Shown here piece by piece: positions 25,671 to 36,573 of a DNA stretch of 64,000 nucleotides. The stretch spans positions 45,204,401 through 45,268,400 of the forward strand of contig CM120641.1 in assembly GCA_051362555.1 (NCBI GenBank), read 5' to 3'. The stretch comes from Lingula anatina (taxonomy: Eukaryota > Animalia > Brachiopoda). A program made the position numbers and the translations under genes. Below the pieces are notes generated by a model. It worked only from the letters and a program-made list of their open reading frames with translations, made no database searches and was not told the origin of the DNA. Within the stretch, counting starts at the first letter, position 1, and each line of letters opens with the position of its first letter.

Positions 25671-27254
25671 AAAAAATTAAGAGATATTTTCTTTTTAGAT
25701 GTGCCACTTCTAGTGCATTGCTCTATTTAGAATCGGAAGTAGAGGGTGCAGTCCAACAGTGCATAACTTTTTATATTCACATATGACACTGGCCTTTCCT
25801 TTCACTTAATGAAAAATTATGGTGGCTGTCAGATAGCTGAGCAACTATGAATAATTAATTGAAGGGTGTGTTTGTGTGTGGAGCAGATGAGCCACAATTT
25901 GATCTAATTGTGATACTGAAAATCAATGGCCAATGAGACATTGCAGGTGCTGGTTTGTGAACGGAACCACTTGGTATTTTTGTAGAAAATGAACTCACTA
26001 CAAGATCTATTGTTCTCATAATTTAAACATTGACTGGTGTTTGTGCTGTTAATCTAATGGTTAATTGGTTTGATTTTGTACTGATTACAGGCACTGTGAC
26101 ATTCACTTTTTCACTGATATCATTGTTCTTGTGTGACTCTTCATATAAATGACGAAGTCATAAAATTGGCTTCTGCCTTGGAGTTAAGTGAAATTGGGTT
26201 TAAAAATGCCAGAATCATGCAATGTCATGAAATGATGTGATCTAATCTATTAAAAGCTTTTTAGGAGATTAATTTGCAGGTGTGTCCATTTTGCCCCAAA
26301 GTAATTTTTTGTAAAAGCTAACTATGAATAATTCATTAAATGAATGTTACTTATGGCATTTGTTTTACATCTGGGAGCGCCATTGACCATGAGGAGCAAT
26401 TGGGAATTTTCACAGCCTTAATAATCTATGAACTACTGGTAAGTGCTGTCGTTGAAATGACAACATGACTTCATAGCACTAGGCAAAATTATTTTTTGTG
26501 TATTGTTTATTCTTGTAGAAAGGAGGAAAGGTTTTTATGGTGTTTTTCTCCCTTTTTTTGTAAAAAACAACAAGGGTATAACGATAAAATAATCTTAATT
26601 TATTTTTATACTTAAAATGAGTAAGATGCCCCCCCCCCAAAAAAAAAAAAAAATCATTCAAGTTGCACAGTAAAAAATTTGGAAACAAAGCCTCATAATA
26701 AACAATAGCAGCATACTTGCATATTATTTTTTTTATTCCAAGAGAATAGAGTTTCCCTTGAGCTGAAGTTAACTAGATGCTGTTAAAAGGCAGCAATACA
26801 TGCGTTTACATAGCCTTGCCACCCTATTAGCTTGCCTCCTTCCGCCATGACAAGTCATAGTGTCAGTTCCATTTTACTTTATCATTTTTCTGTGCTAAAA
26901 TGAAGTATATTATTCTTCAGAAGCTGGACTGCATGGGTTTTATAGATTTAGGGTCTTATAAGTATAGTAAGCTATTATTCCATGCCACTGGCCTGAATGT
27001 AGTTTTTTTTTTTGTGTGTGTGTGTCATTACGTTATTCAGGAAATCTTTCCATTACTCAATACTTACCCTTTGATGCCTTTGATTTAGTTCTTACACAAG
27101 GACCTCTATCATACACTAGAGGAAATTGCATCTTGGAAGCTGTAAATGATATCTCGTGTGTTGTCTTATCTAGCCATCTTCCACTTGGGGCAAGAGTCAG
27201 TGGCCGCATTCAAAGCCAGACTAACTTGAACCCTGCATTGACTTATTATTAGAA

Positions 27255-27648
27255 TTTACTTTTCCCCACTACACCACTGATGAGCCACTGCAGGGGCAGA
27301 TTCAGAGATATTTTCTGACAGTCTTCCAAGCTATCCGTCCTCCATTTTTGACCATCTTCCGACAGAAAAAATTAGATGCCCATCAATATAAACTTGAGGA
27401 TTCCTGACCGTCTTTTGGAAGACCCAGAAGAGGGTTACCGTCTGCCCCTTCACTGTGTCTATTCATTTGTAGCGAAGTGGGGGAAACTAAGTATGTAAGG
27501 AAATACAAAAAATATCAGTAATGGTGAGGAATTTATCAGCGGGTTGTGGGGAAATTTGTAAGACTGATGGGAACAGCAATAAATCTGTGAAGATAGTGTG
27601 GTAATGGCAGTACTGCTCATAATGGCATGTGGTAGTTTGGGAATCCTG
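27255..27648. mobile_element. Old dispersed repeat (second copy at ~47250-47485), interrupted by a family-B MITE
   Basis: Collinear similarity: tagc(g/a)aagtggg..aaactaa..atgt, atttatcag(c/t)ggg(t/c)tgtgg, taaatctgt, cataat(g/t)gc(a/c)tgtggtagtt..ggga..cctg. Confidence 0.65.
27291..27450 (+). mobile_element. Family-B hAT-like MITE, 5-bp TSD CACTG
   Basis: cactg|CAGGGGCAGA ... TCTGCCCCTT|cactg; homologous to 42892-43059 (inverted) and 54020-54192. Confidence 0.85.
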
Positions 27649-27659
27649 ATCTAGGCATG

Positions 27660-27728
27660 TCTCCCCTGGGGCCAGTTACTGACTCCCTTGGGGCCAGTCA
27701 CTGACTCCCCTGAGGCCAGTCACTGACT
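27660..27728. repeat. 22-bp minisatellite, 3 copies
   Basis: ctcccctggggccagt(t/c)actga repeated three times. Confidence 0.9.
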
Positions 27729-28252
27729 TTGTTCATGGCCAGGCTAATTTGAACCTGAATTTGACTGATGAGCAGACATGCTTTTAATCTGACTTTTTTT
27801 TTCACTGCCGTGTTATATAACTTTCTGTCCTCCATATTGCTTTTGGCTCCATCAAAATTAATAACAAAAAGAACAAGAAAAATTAAAGCAAATATTGGGT
27901 TTTATTTCCCTCAAAAAAGGAGAAATGAAAATAATCATAAACAGAATTATTTGAATTTGACTTATATTAAAGTTGAATTGTCTGTTATGGAGAGGGTTAA
28001 CTGAGGTCCGGAAGCTTGTCCTCCATACTGGCTGGGATGATTTTGGCCACTGGAGGGATTGGTCTGTACTCATAGGGTTTTTTGAATTTGTCACTGGACT
28101 CTGGGTCTTCATTGGCTCCAACTGGCTGCTTGTAGGAGACTGTAGGTGACTTGGCCTCTGCATCCCAGTTGGAGTCTGATGAGTACACCAGGCTTCTGGC
28201 GCTTGTTCTTGCTGTTGGGCTGGGTAGATCTTCTCTCTCCAGGGACAACAAA

Positions 28253-28787
28253 CAGGCCTACCCAACTACGGCACCGAACGATCCCGAATTCGCTGGTAGA
28301 TTGGACCACATTACCCGTTTTCAAGGTGTGGGTCAGTACACATTTCACAGTATCATACCCAGGAACAAATTTTGAGATGAGATGCACTTCTTTCCAACCC
28401 CGCTGAGAATCATCACTATCATATCAAGTGCTAGGCAAGAGTGGTGTTACATCTGAGACCCCATTCCCACAGATTTTAGATCGATCTATCCCTGTGGGGA
28501 GTCTCACTAGCTCTAGATTACTGTCAGCTTAGCCGGCTTAAATGTCTGTCCTGCCTACTAAAAGCTGTAAGGGGGTAATTAACTACCGTGCACGCTCGGC
28601 TGACAAGAATTAAGCATGAACCCCCAGGGAGTTAGGTCAATCTAGATGGATTGATCTAAATCTATGGGAATGCACTCTGATACTTCAATGCGCATACTGA
28701 TACACATCTTGAAAAGGGGTAATGTGGTCCGATCTACCAGTGAATTCAGGATCATTCAGTGCCAATTCTGGTAGTTGGGTAGGCCTC
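28253..28787 (+). mobile_element. Family-A long-TIR MITE with nested insert, 5-bp TSD ACAA(A/G)
   Basis: CAGGCCTACCCAACTAC ... GTAGTTGGGTAGGCCTC; the empty site gggaca-acaag-gttc is preserved in the adjacent duplicate at ~28940-28954. Confidence 0.9.
28457..28677. mobile_element. PIF/Harbinger-like MITE nested in family-A MITE, 3-bp TSD TGA
   Basis: tga|gaccccattcccacagattttagatcgatc ... gattgatctaaatctatgggaatgcactc|tga; absent from the family-A copies at 36259 and 54917. Confidence 0.8.
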
Positions 28788-31088
28788 ACAAGGTTCTGGT
28801 CACGGCATTCTTTATGAGTGTGCACTAACTGACATCAGAGTCCATCCTGTAGAATTGGACTGACAGTCGGAGTCCGATGAGTACACCAGACTTCTGGCGC
28901 TTGTTCTTGCTGTTGGGCTGGGTAGATCTTCTCTCCTCAGGGACAACAAGGTTCTGGTCACGGCATTCTTTATGAGTGTGGTGTATCGGTTGTAGCGCTC
29001 ACTGACATCAGAGTCCATCCCGTAGAATTGGACTGACATACCCTGAGTCATTTTGGCTGCTCTGTTCAGCTCACTGCGTACGGCAGCGTCATTGGTGGTA
29101 GTGCATAGCTGGATGACGGTTCTCTGGCCTGGTAGTGGCTTGCTCATTTGGCCTCTAAAGATAAATAGGAGGCTTAAGAGCTGACCCACTGTTACTTCTG
29201 GCCTTGGTGGGCAGTCCCTGGCAATGAACTGGGCGGTTGTCACTGACCTTCAATTATCAATGATTATCATCTGAGGCCGACGCTGGCTCACTAGTGGCAC
29301 CATATTGACCAGTGTCTCGTTATCCACTGTGGCTAAGGGGCGATATTGGACTAAGTCAGCGCCGTCAAAGTCTTTTTTGTTGTTTGTCTGTGCATCCATA
29401 TGATGTAGCATGTGTTTCAGCATGGCTGCTGCAATGATGAGAACTTCCATATTAGCGGTGTGGCGTGTTCTGTCTGCTGGGGATGAATGCTTGGTATTGA
29501 GAAAATCTGGGATTTTTTGTCTGAAAAATTTAAATCCACAAGGCATAAGATTTTATTTAATTTTAATATGTTACACAAAGAAAAAAAAAAACATTATCCG
29601 GGCACAGCATTGTAAAAATCATGATCACGCCAAGGAGTCCTCTATTATTTAAATGTCTGTTACCACACCCCCCCGTATTTCTATTAATAAAAAATGGTGT
29701 CTACAACAAGCCAAAAAAGATGACTTTAAAGTACAAACTTATTTTGTCACAATGGTCTGATGAAAAAGGACTCTTTGAGCTTGTGTGACACACTGATACA
29801 AAGTGTCTAAAGTCTCCAGATGACAAGATGCCAAAACTGCATGCAATGTGCTTAAGACCTTAATAATAGCAAAAATATCTTGGAATTCCCAACTCTTTTC
29901 TCCTATAATTACATTAAGTCCAAACTCATACGCCTATAATCCTGTTTTTAAGATCCAAGTTTCCACTCTCAAAGTTAACACTCAAATTCAGGGTGACTGA
30001 CAGACTACCTGTGGAGGATGGTTAAATGATTGCATCGGAACCTCATCATTATAAGTTAATTTCATTATTGACTTCAAGCTGGTGTTGTTTGTTACTTTTT
30101 AATTTCCTGTCCGTCATTTCCTCCTAGTCCTCGTTTTTTTGAAAAAAAAAAAAGTGTTTAAGCCTGGGACTTTCCATTATTCTTTAATGATCAGAATCTA
30201 TTAAATATAGGATTACATGGCATGCTGTCAAGTGGGTTGCGCCATATTTGAGCCAAGTCTCAGTTAGGCCCAGCTCAACTTGGTTGTGAACGGAGCCTTA
30301 GTCCAGTGCTTTACTTTTTCAAGATTTATTATTTATTAATTACTCACTTCTGACATAAAAACCAAATCTTTTGGATCATTATCCCAAAGTATTGCATGCA
30401 AAATATTTTGCAGAATTTTTTTTTTATTTAAAAAGTTATTACCATTCAGCAGATCGAAATACTTGTACATTTTTTTCTGTATTTTGTGTCTTTTTGTGTC
30501 TTTGTTTAAATATGTCTATTTCGATTTGTCTTAGGAAATCATGTTTTGGTATAAATTGTCCACAAAAGGGCTTCAAATGCTGATGAAAATTTTGCATCTT
30601 TTTTTGTATGAATCTGCATACAAATGTTCTGTTCAGAGGCATGTACATTTAGTAATATCATAGAAGTTCTATGGTAATATCAAGACTGTGGATAGTCTGA
30701 TGCATAGGTATGCAAGCTAGAAATGTGTGAGAATTGTATGTAAGGTAAGACTAACATTAAGCTATCAGATTGAAACTTTTTGTGTGGAGAATGTAGCCTT
30801 AGAAAGCTATACAAAAGTAGCATGCAAAACATGGTGAATAGGTACTGCTGTGCTTAATATTGACAATCCTATGGAACTAAGAGAAAACAGCCAGAAAAAT
30901 ATTCTTGGATAAATTCTGTCATTGCCTATGCATTTTTCTGCCATTAATTCTGATCCCATTCTCTTCCAAATCCCACAAAATTATGCTAGATTTTATGCCA
31001 TATTGCAAGAAATTGGGCTGTCTTAGATTAATTCCATTTTTATGTACAGACACAGATGTGTCTGTACATATAGCCATCATCTGCGTCT

Positions 31089-31120
<32 letters not shown>

Positions 31121-31128
31121 GCACTTTT

Positions 31129-31757
31129 ACCGATAACACGATAAGTGGAAAACCATTTTACCTTTTGACTTGAAACTTGCAGAACTGATGAATATTCATA
31201 ATACACAGGTCAAGTTCGAAAATCAGCATGATCGGGTCACTATTAGGGAATTTATGCTGTTTTTTCACTTTTTTCAGCATATATGCAGCACCGATAACAC
31301 GATAAGTGGGAAACCATTTTACCTTTTGACTTGAAACTTACAGAACTGATGAGTATTCATAATACGCAGGTCAAGTTCGAAAATCAGCATGATCGGGTTA
31401 CTTTTAGGGAATTTATGCTGTTTTTTCACTTTTTTCAGCATATATGCAGCACCGATAACACAATAAGTGGAAAACCATTTTACCTTTTGACTTGAAACTT
31501 ACAGAACTGATGAATATTCATAATACGCAGGTCAAGTTCGAAAATCAGCATGATTGGGCCATTTTTAGGGAATTTATGCTGTTTTTTCACTATTTTCAAT
31601 ATAAATGCAACACTGATAACACAATATAAGAAAAACGGATTGGATAATTGTAATTAAACTCACAGGAGTGGTCAATCTTATTAAAACGCAGGTAGAGTTC
31701 GAAAATCAGCATAATCGTGCCATTATTTTAGAAGTTATACTGTTTTTTCACATTTCC
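31129..31757 (+). repeat. 161-bp tandem satellite-like array, 4 units (4th diverged)
   Basis: Units start ac(c/t)gataacac at 31129, 31290, 31451 and 31612; conserved aaact.caga/gg and aagttcgaaaatcagcat boxes. Confidence 0.92.
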
Positions 31758-32154
31758 TCAGATTCAATTATTAGGCATGTTAACAGTCTCATTATTTAAC
31801 TAATAAGATGTCTAAAAGTGTTTGTTTGATATTTCCTGCATCTTTACAACATTGTTAGTTGATTATGTAAAAAACATGGTAAACTTGTTATCATGTATTG
31901 TGTAATAAAGTGTCAAAAATGGAAATAAACTCATATCATTGCAGTTTGTCAGATTCAATCATCCACTATGTTCAGAATCTCAGAATGGAGGAAATTGGAC
32001 ATTTAACACTGTTCTATTGATACTTTTCCCATCTCATCAATTTTCTTAGTTGGTCATATAAAAATGGCAGTAAAATGTTTATTTTGTTTTATGTTAAAAA
32101 AGTGTTAAAAATGGAAATAAACCCATTTCAGAACAGTGCCGTCTTGTTTACATT

Positions 32155-32850
32155 TTGGCATTTTCAAGGTGTGACTTTGAAGTTCCATGGGCCTGAAGAC
32201 CTTTGCTCGTCGCATTTTCTGAATATCTGTGAAACAAATATTTTATAATTAAAAATTGATGGTCATTAAGCTGTTAAACATTATGTAATATTGCATCAAA
32301 ATTTGAAGAAACCCCTATTTTGGACACTGCTTCCATGATGACCATTTAAGGAAAATCAAGTCACTTACTGTTCTCAAACTTACAGGAAAGAAACATGGGA
32401 CTAAAATACAGCTTCAGTAGGCAATGCAGTCTGTTTGGTATTTTTATTTATTTATTTATTTTTTTGGCAGTTAAACAGTTTTTTTGTGAAAATTTAATTT
32501 TTCACATATTGGCATTTTCAAGGTGTGACTTTAAAGTTCCATGATCCTGAAGACTTTTGCTTGTCATATTTGCTGAATGTCCATGTTACTAATATTTTAT
32601 TAATAACATTTGATTGTCATTATGCTGTTAAACATTATGTAATGTTGCATCAAAATTTGAAGAAACCCCTATTTTGTGCACTGCTCCTATGATGACCATT
32701 TAAGGGAAATCATGTCACTTACTGTTCTCAAACTTACAGGAAAGAAACATAGGTCTAACATACAGCTTCAATAGGCAACGCAGTCTGTTTGGTAAATTTT
32801 TCTGGCAATTTAACAGTTTTTTGTGAAAATTTAATTTTTCACTTATTTGC
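32155..32850 (+). repeat. ~354-bp tandem duplication within the HINE
   Basis: ttggcattttcaaggtgtgacttt(g/a)aagttccatg at ~32155 and ~32509, collinear to tgtgaaaatttaatttttcac. Confidence 0.88.
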
Positions 32851-34415
32851 ATCTTTATTTTCTGTTTTTTTTTTGTCTGTACATTTGACAGCTTTGCTGC
32901 CTTGTTGCTATAGCACTGCATTCTTGATGGAATTGTTTTTTTTGTTTGCTTAAAGATCAAAGGCTAAACTGGAGAACCATATGAAATTCCTGCTTTTGAT
33001 TTTTAATATTGTGAAGGTCTCTAGTGTAAAAGGAAGAATACGCTTTTCATTACATATATCATTTACTTTTCATTACTGCCCTTCTGAAAAAGTGGGTTTG
33101 GTGCCTTAGATATTTGAGTGGCAAGGCTTCTACCACAGTATTTTATGTAGTTATTTGGAAGATTAAAGCTGTACGAGTCATATCTCATTACAAGATCCAA
33201 TTTTGTCTGGCTTTATGGATGCATAATACTTTCTGCATTTAAGAAAACACCCAAGTTCTTTAATCATGCAGATACACGTGTAGAGTTTTTAAGGGTACCT
33301 TCTTTAATAAATTGCTGTACTGAGCGTATTTCTTTGAAATAAAGAAAAAGATGCTTCATTGAAACTGCCCTGTCAGAGGCAAAAGTAAACACTCAATTAA
33401 AGGAATGTTTGAATAGATAAATGGACAAATTGTTTAAGTAGATAACGAATAGAGGAATATTAGTTTGATGTAAAGATACAGAAATGAATAAATCCCAAGA
33501 TAAATGAATGAATTAATGACAAGCAGATATATGGAGGGGAGGATGATCAGAGATGGACAGATAAAATGGAACTAAAAGATGAAAACAACAAGAAATAAAA
33601 AAGACCGTAAATAAAGAACAGAATGCAGCAGGAAGTAAGTAATTTGTGTGACGTAGACTACCATGGCTTATTAGACAGACTTAATGATAATCACCTTGTC
33701 CACAAGACGTGGGGCTGATTAGGGAGTTATAAGTGCTAATGACTTTGTAAAGCAATTTTAGCTCCCTGTTCTGATTGATCATTTGTCTAACATCGTTATA
33801 TAGTCTGTAAAATGAATCAAAATGGAGCTCCGTCTCATTATTCCTCCTACTACCACTAAACTACAATACTGGATGTATTTCCTCGACTTGTTTTTGTGAG
33901 TTTTCAAATCATTATAAGTGTATTATATTTGTCAGCATTTTTTAAATTTCAAAATGTTTACATCTTTTGTTATTAATTCTGTAATTAACAATGAAAATGA
34001 AAAAAAAAAAAAGAATCAGTAGAAAAAAAAAGGACCACAGCATAAATGCATAGAGTTGGCAACCCTCTAGTATGGTGTTTACATTGACAAGACTTTGTAT
34101 AGCTTTTTTTATTTATTCATATAGTATGAAAAATATTCTAGCCCTTTGAAATCATTTTGGACACATCCAAAATTGTTTTTGAATAATGGTTATCAGGCAA
34201 CCTCATTAAGAAAGAATGGAACTCAATAAAACCATCTGCTTGGTCCCAGGTTTTTGATAATGTATGTGATTGCATTCAATTTGTTTGATGATAACATTGG
34301 GATTTAGGCACCTATTTGAAGCACTGTTATGAAACTTTGCTCTATACAGTTAAGCTTCTGTAACAAACAAGAAAGAACAAATACAATTTAGCCATTTGAA
34401 GGAGTGAATATTAAA

Positions 34416-34597
34416 GAGCATTCACGACAGAATTGACCTGAGGATTAACAGATCAGATATGGCCATCCCAATTGAAAGCTGCAGTGTAATCCCCAAGGGT
34501 AATCTATTTAGTGTCTTTTAGGGGATTATATGACAAACTTTCAAGTGGGTCGCTATATTAGATCCGCTGATCTGTTAGTCTGCTGTTGTGATTGCTG
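34416..34597. mobile_element. Degenerate palindromic MITE, family C
   Basis: ttaacagatcag..atatggccatccca/aagtgggtcgctatatt..ctgatctgttag arms. Confidence 0.55.
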
Positions 34598-35272
34598 CCA
34601 AATATGCCCTGCTGCCTTATACCTTGGTTCATTGGTGAGCGACATGAATGTCTGCCAGATACACCACGTCTGTCTTTTTATCTCAACATCTGCTAGGGCA
34701 TAATACACATGCTATTTTATTTTTCAATCTTGTCTGGCTTTATGGATGCATAATTTGTTGGTTTGCCAAACAAAAGAAGCCCATATATGACTTTCTGTTG
34801 AAGATTTTCATTGCATCATTGATGGCTAATTCTTGTCGCTACATTTTTGTTGAGCTATTATAGGACACTTCTAACCATACTGGTATTATACGTAATGCAA
34901 AAATACCATCATATTATAAATAATTCAAATATTCATCAAGGTATATACTATTATTTGCTTTGTTTGAAAATAAAAAAAAAATCGATAGCATTTCAGTTGC
35001 TAGTTTGAAAGCCTATCATCAGTTTCTGTCTTTCCACATGTTTGGTTTAAAAGAATAAGATAACCACACCAAATAAAACATACATTCAAATGTCACCAAG
35101 TAATGGATCAGCTTTGAAACAGGAAAAGTGCTTTATCCCAGAATGAGTACTGAAGTATATAACATATTCCCTTTTGTGCACCAGATATAAATATGATGAT
35201 CACATGTTTATGAAGATCATTAGACATCCGCATTAATGGAAATAATGTTCAAAAGTCAATTACTACATCTAT

Positions 35273-35517
35273 GGGCGCCTTCAGAGCAGATGATCCGAGT
35301 ACTAACTGATCTGCCCAATAAATGTGGCCAACCGCATTTCAAAAGCGATGCTGCTAATTCCCTGATGGTCTCTCAGAGCCAAGATTTAATCCACTTAATG
35401 GCTCGTTAAGATGTGGGGAAACCATCGGAAATCAGCGGCATCACTTTTGAAGTGGGGTCGGCCATATTTAGTCGGCAGATTTGTTAGTCAGTGGATCGTC
35501 TTAGTCTGAATGTGCTC
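35273..35517. mobile_element. Palindromic MITE, family C
   Basis: tcagagcagatgatcc..actaactgatctgc..aaatgtggccaacc versus ggtcggccatattta..gcagatttgttagtcagtggatc; highly similar to 59448-59736. Confidence 0.8.
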
Positions 35518-35601
35518 TATAACTATGTTATATCTCCCTTAATAGAACCCAGCTAGTCACTGATGACCCACCTACCGTTTTGCCTGTGTTGATGTGACAT
35601 A

Positions 35602-35794
35602 GGGTGCGTTCACAATGTAACTGTTGTACTATGTAAAACTCTGTGGGGACTCTCGCTGAATACAATCAAACTAACACATCAACATTCCTCCTCCTGGTAT
35701 TGAGTAAAATCTGTTATAAAGATTGCTTTCAGCAAGACTCCCTGCTGAGTTGGATCAATCTACACAGAACAACAATTTGATTGGAAATGAGCCT
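35602..35794. mobile_element. Palindromic Harbinger-like MITE
   Basis: gggactctcgctgaatacaatca / gattgctttcagcaagactccc arms shared with 58322-58540; ends gggtgcgttcacaat / attggaaatgagcct. Confidence 0.65.
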
Positions 35795-35996
35795 GATGTT
35801 ATACCCCCTTTGACAAAATCTGGCTGGTCACTGTTTCACCTTTGTTAATTTTACAAATTTAGTTGGTCATAGTAACACCTGTTTACAGACATTAAGTTCA
35901 GAAATATATTGAAAATTTGTAATTGTGTGTGTGTGTGTTTGTGTATGTGTGTGTTTGATCACATTAATGAAACTGGTATTTCTTTTTTTCTTTCAG

Positions 35997-36079
35997 TGTG
36001 CTCTTTTGTTGTCCACAAACGATGTCATGAGTATGTGTCCTTCCAGTGTCCTGGCGCTGACCACGGTCCAGACTCAGAC
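35997..36079 (+). CDS. PKC1: cPKC exon 3 (83 nt, end of C1A)
   Basis: ttcag|(V)[27 protein letters not shown]|gtaagt. Confidence 0.95.
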
Positions 36080-36258
36080 GTAAGTAGTTGCTATGGAAAC
36101 CGAGCTACCAGCTGTCATTGGGCTGGTTTCATAAATGAACTTTAGGCCATAGAATCCATTTTAACTTTTAAAATCTGTAATGTTCCACTAAAATAAAGTA
36201 ATTGAAACTGTAGCTATTTTTTTCTTTTCAATTTTGTTAAATGTAAAAGGGGCACTAT

Positions 36259-36573
36259 CAGGCCTACCCAACTACCAGACTCGGCACCAAATGATCCTGA
36301 ATTCACCTGTAGATCAGACCACACTACCCGTTTTCAAGGTGTGTGTCAGATCGCATTACACAGTATCATACCCTGAACAAATTTTGAGTGGTTGCAATGC
36401 TTTTCAACCCCGCTGAGAATCGTCACTATCACATCGCGTACTAGGCAAGAGCGGTGTCGCGTCTGATACTGTGTAATGCGATCTGACACACACCTTGAAA
36501 ACGGGTAGTGTGGTCTGATCTACCGGTGAATTCAGGATCATTCGGTCCAGAGTCTGGTAGTTGGGTAGGCCTG
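36259..36573 (+). mobile_element. Family-A MITE, 315 bp, 110-bp TIRs, 5-bp TSD ACTAT
   Basis: actat|CAGGCCTACCCAACTACCAGACTC ... GAGTCTGGTAGTTGGGTAGGCCTG|actat; arms 36259-36368 and 36464-36573 are nearly perfect complements. Confidence 0.95.

Larger units (their letters stand above)
27997..29450 (-). pseudogene. Decayed ~251-codon ORF antisense in PKC intron 2, possibly SGNH-like or transposon-derived
   Basis: ORFs 29250-29546 and 28812-29243 share a frame across a single TGA. Removing a 173-bp duplication and the MITE joins them in frame to ORF 27997-28251. The segment is GC-richer than the surrounding intron. Confidence 0.6.
31037..32906 (+). mobile_element. Helentron-associated interspersed element (HINE/DINE-1/pearl-like) with internal satellite arrays
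   Basis: 5' TTTTT and hairpin tatgtacagacaca-ga-tgtgtctgtacata, (GTC/GCC)n microsatellite, four 161-bp units, ~354-bp duplicated units, 3' subTIR gtctgtacat, small hairpin gacagc-ttt-gctgcc, terminal ttgtt. Confidence 0.85.

Noticed and set aside
29250-29252. In-frame TGA as selenocysteine or programmed readthrough
   Set aside because: No SECIS recognised, no redox motif context, and the ORF is additionally broken by a duplication and TE insertion. A simple nonsense mutation is more parsimonious.
30905-31206. Poly-Arg ORFs on both strands
   Set aside because: Translation of the (GTC/GCC)n microsatellite of the HINE.
31129-31757. CRISPR-like array
   Set aside because: The units are full-length tandem repeats with no unique spacers, the context is eukaryotic, and there are no cas genes.
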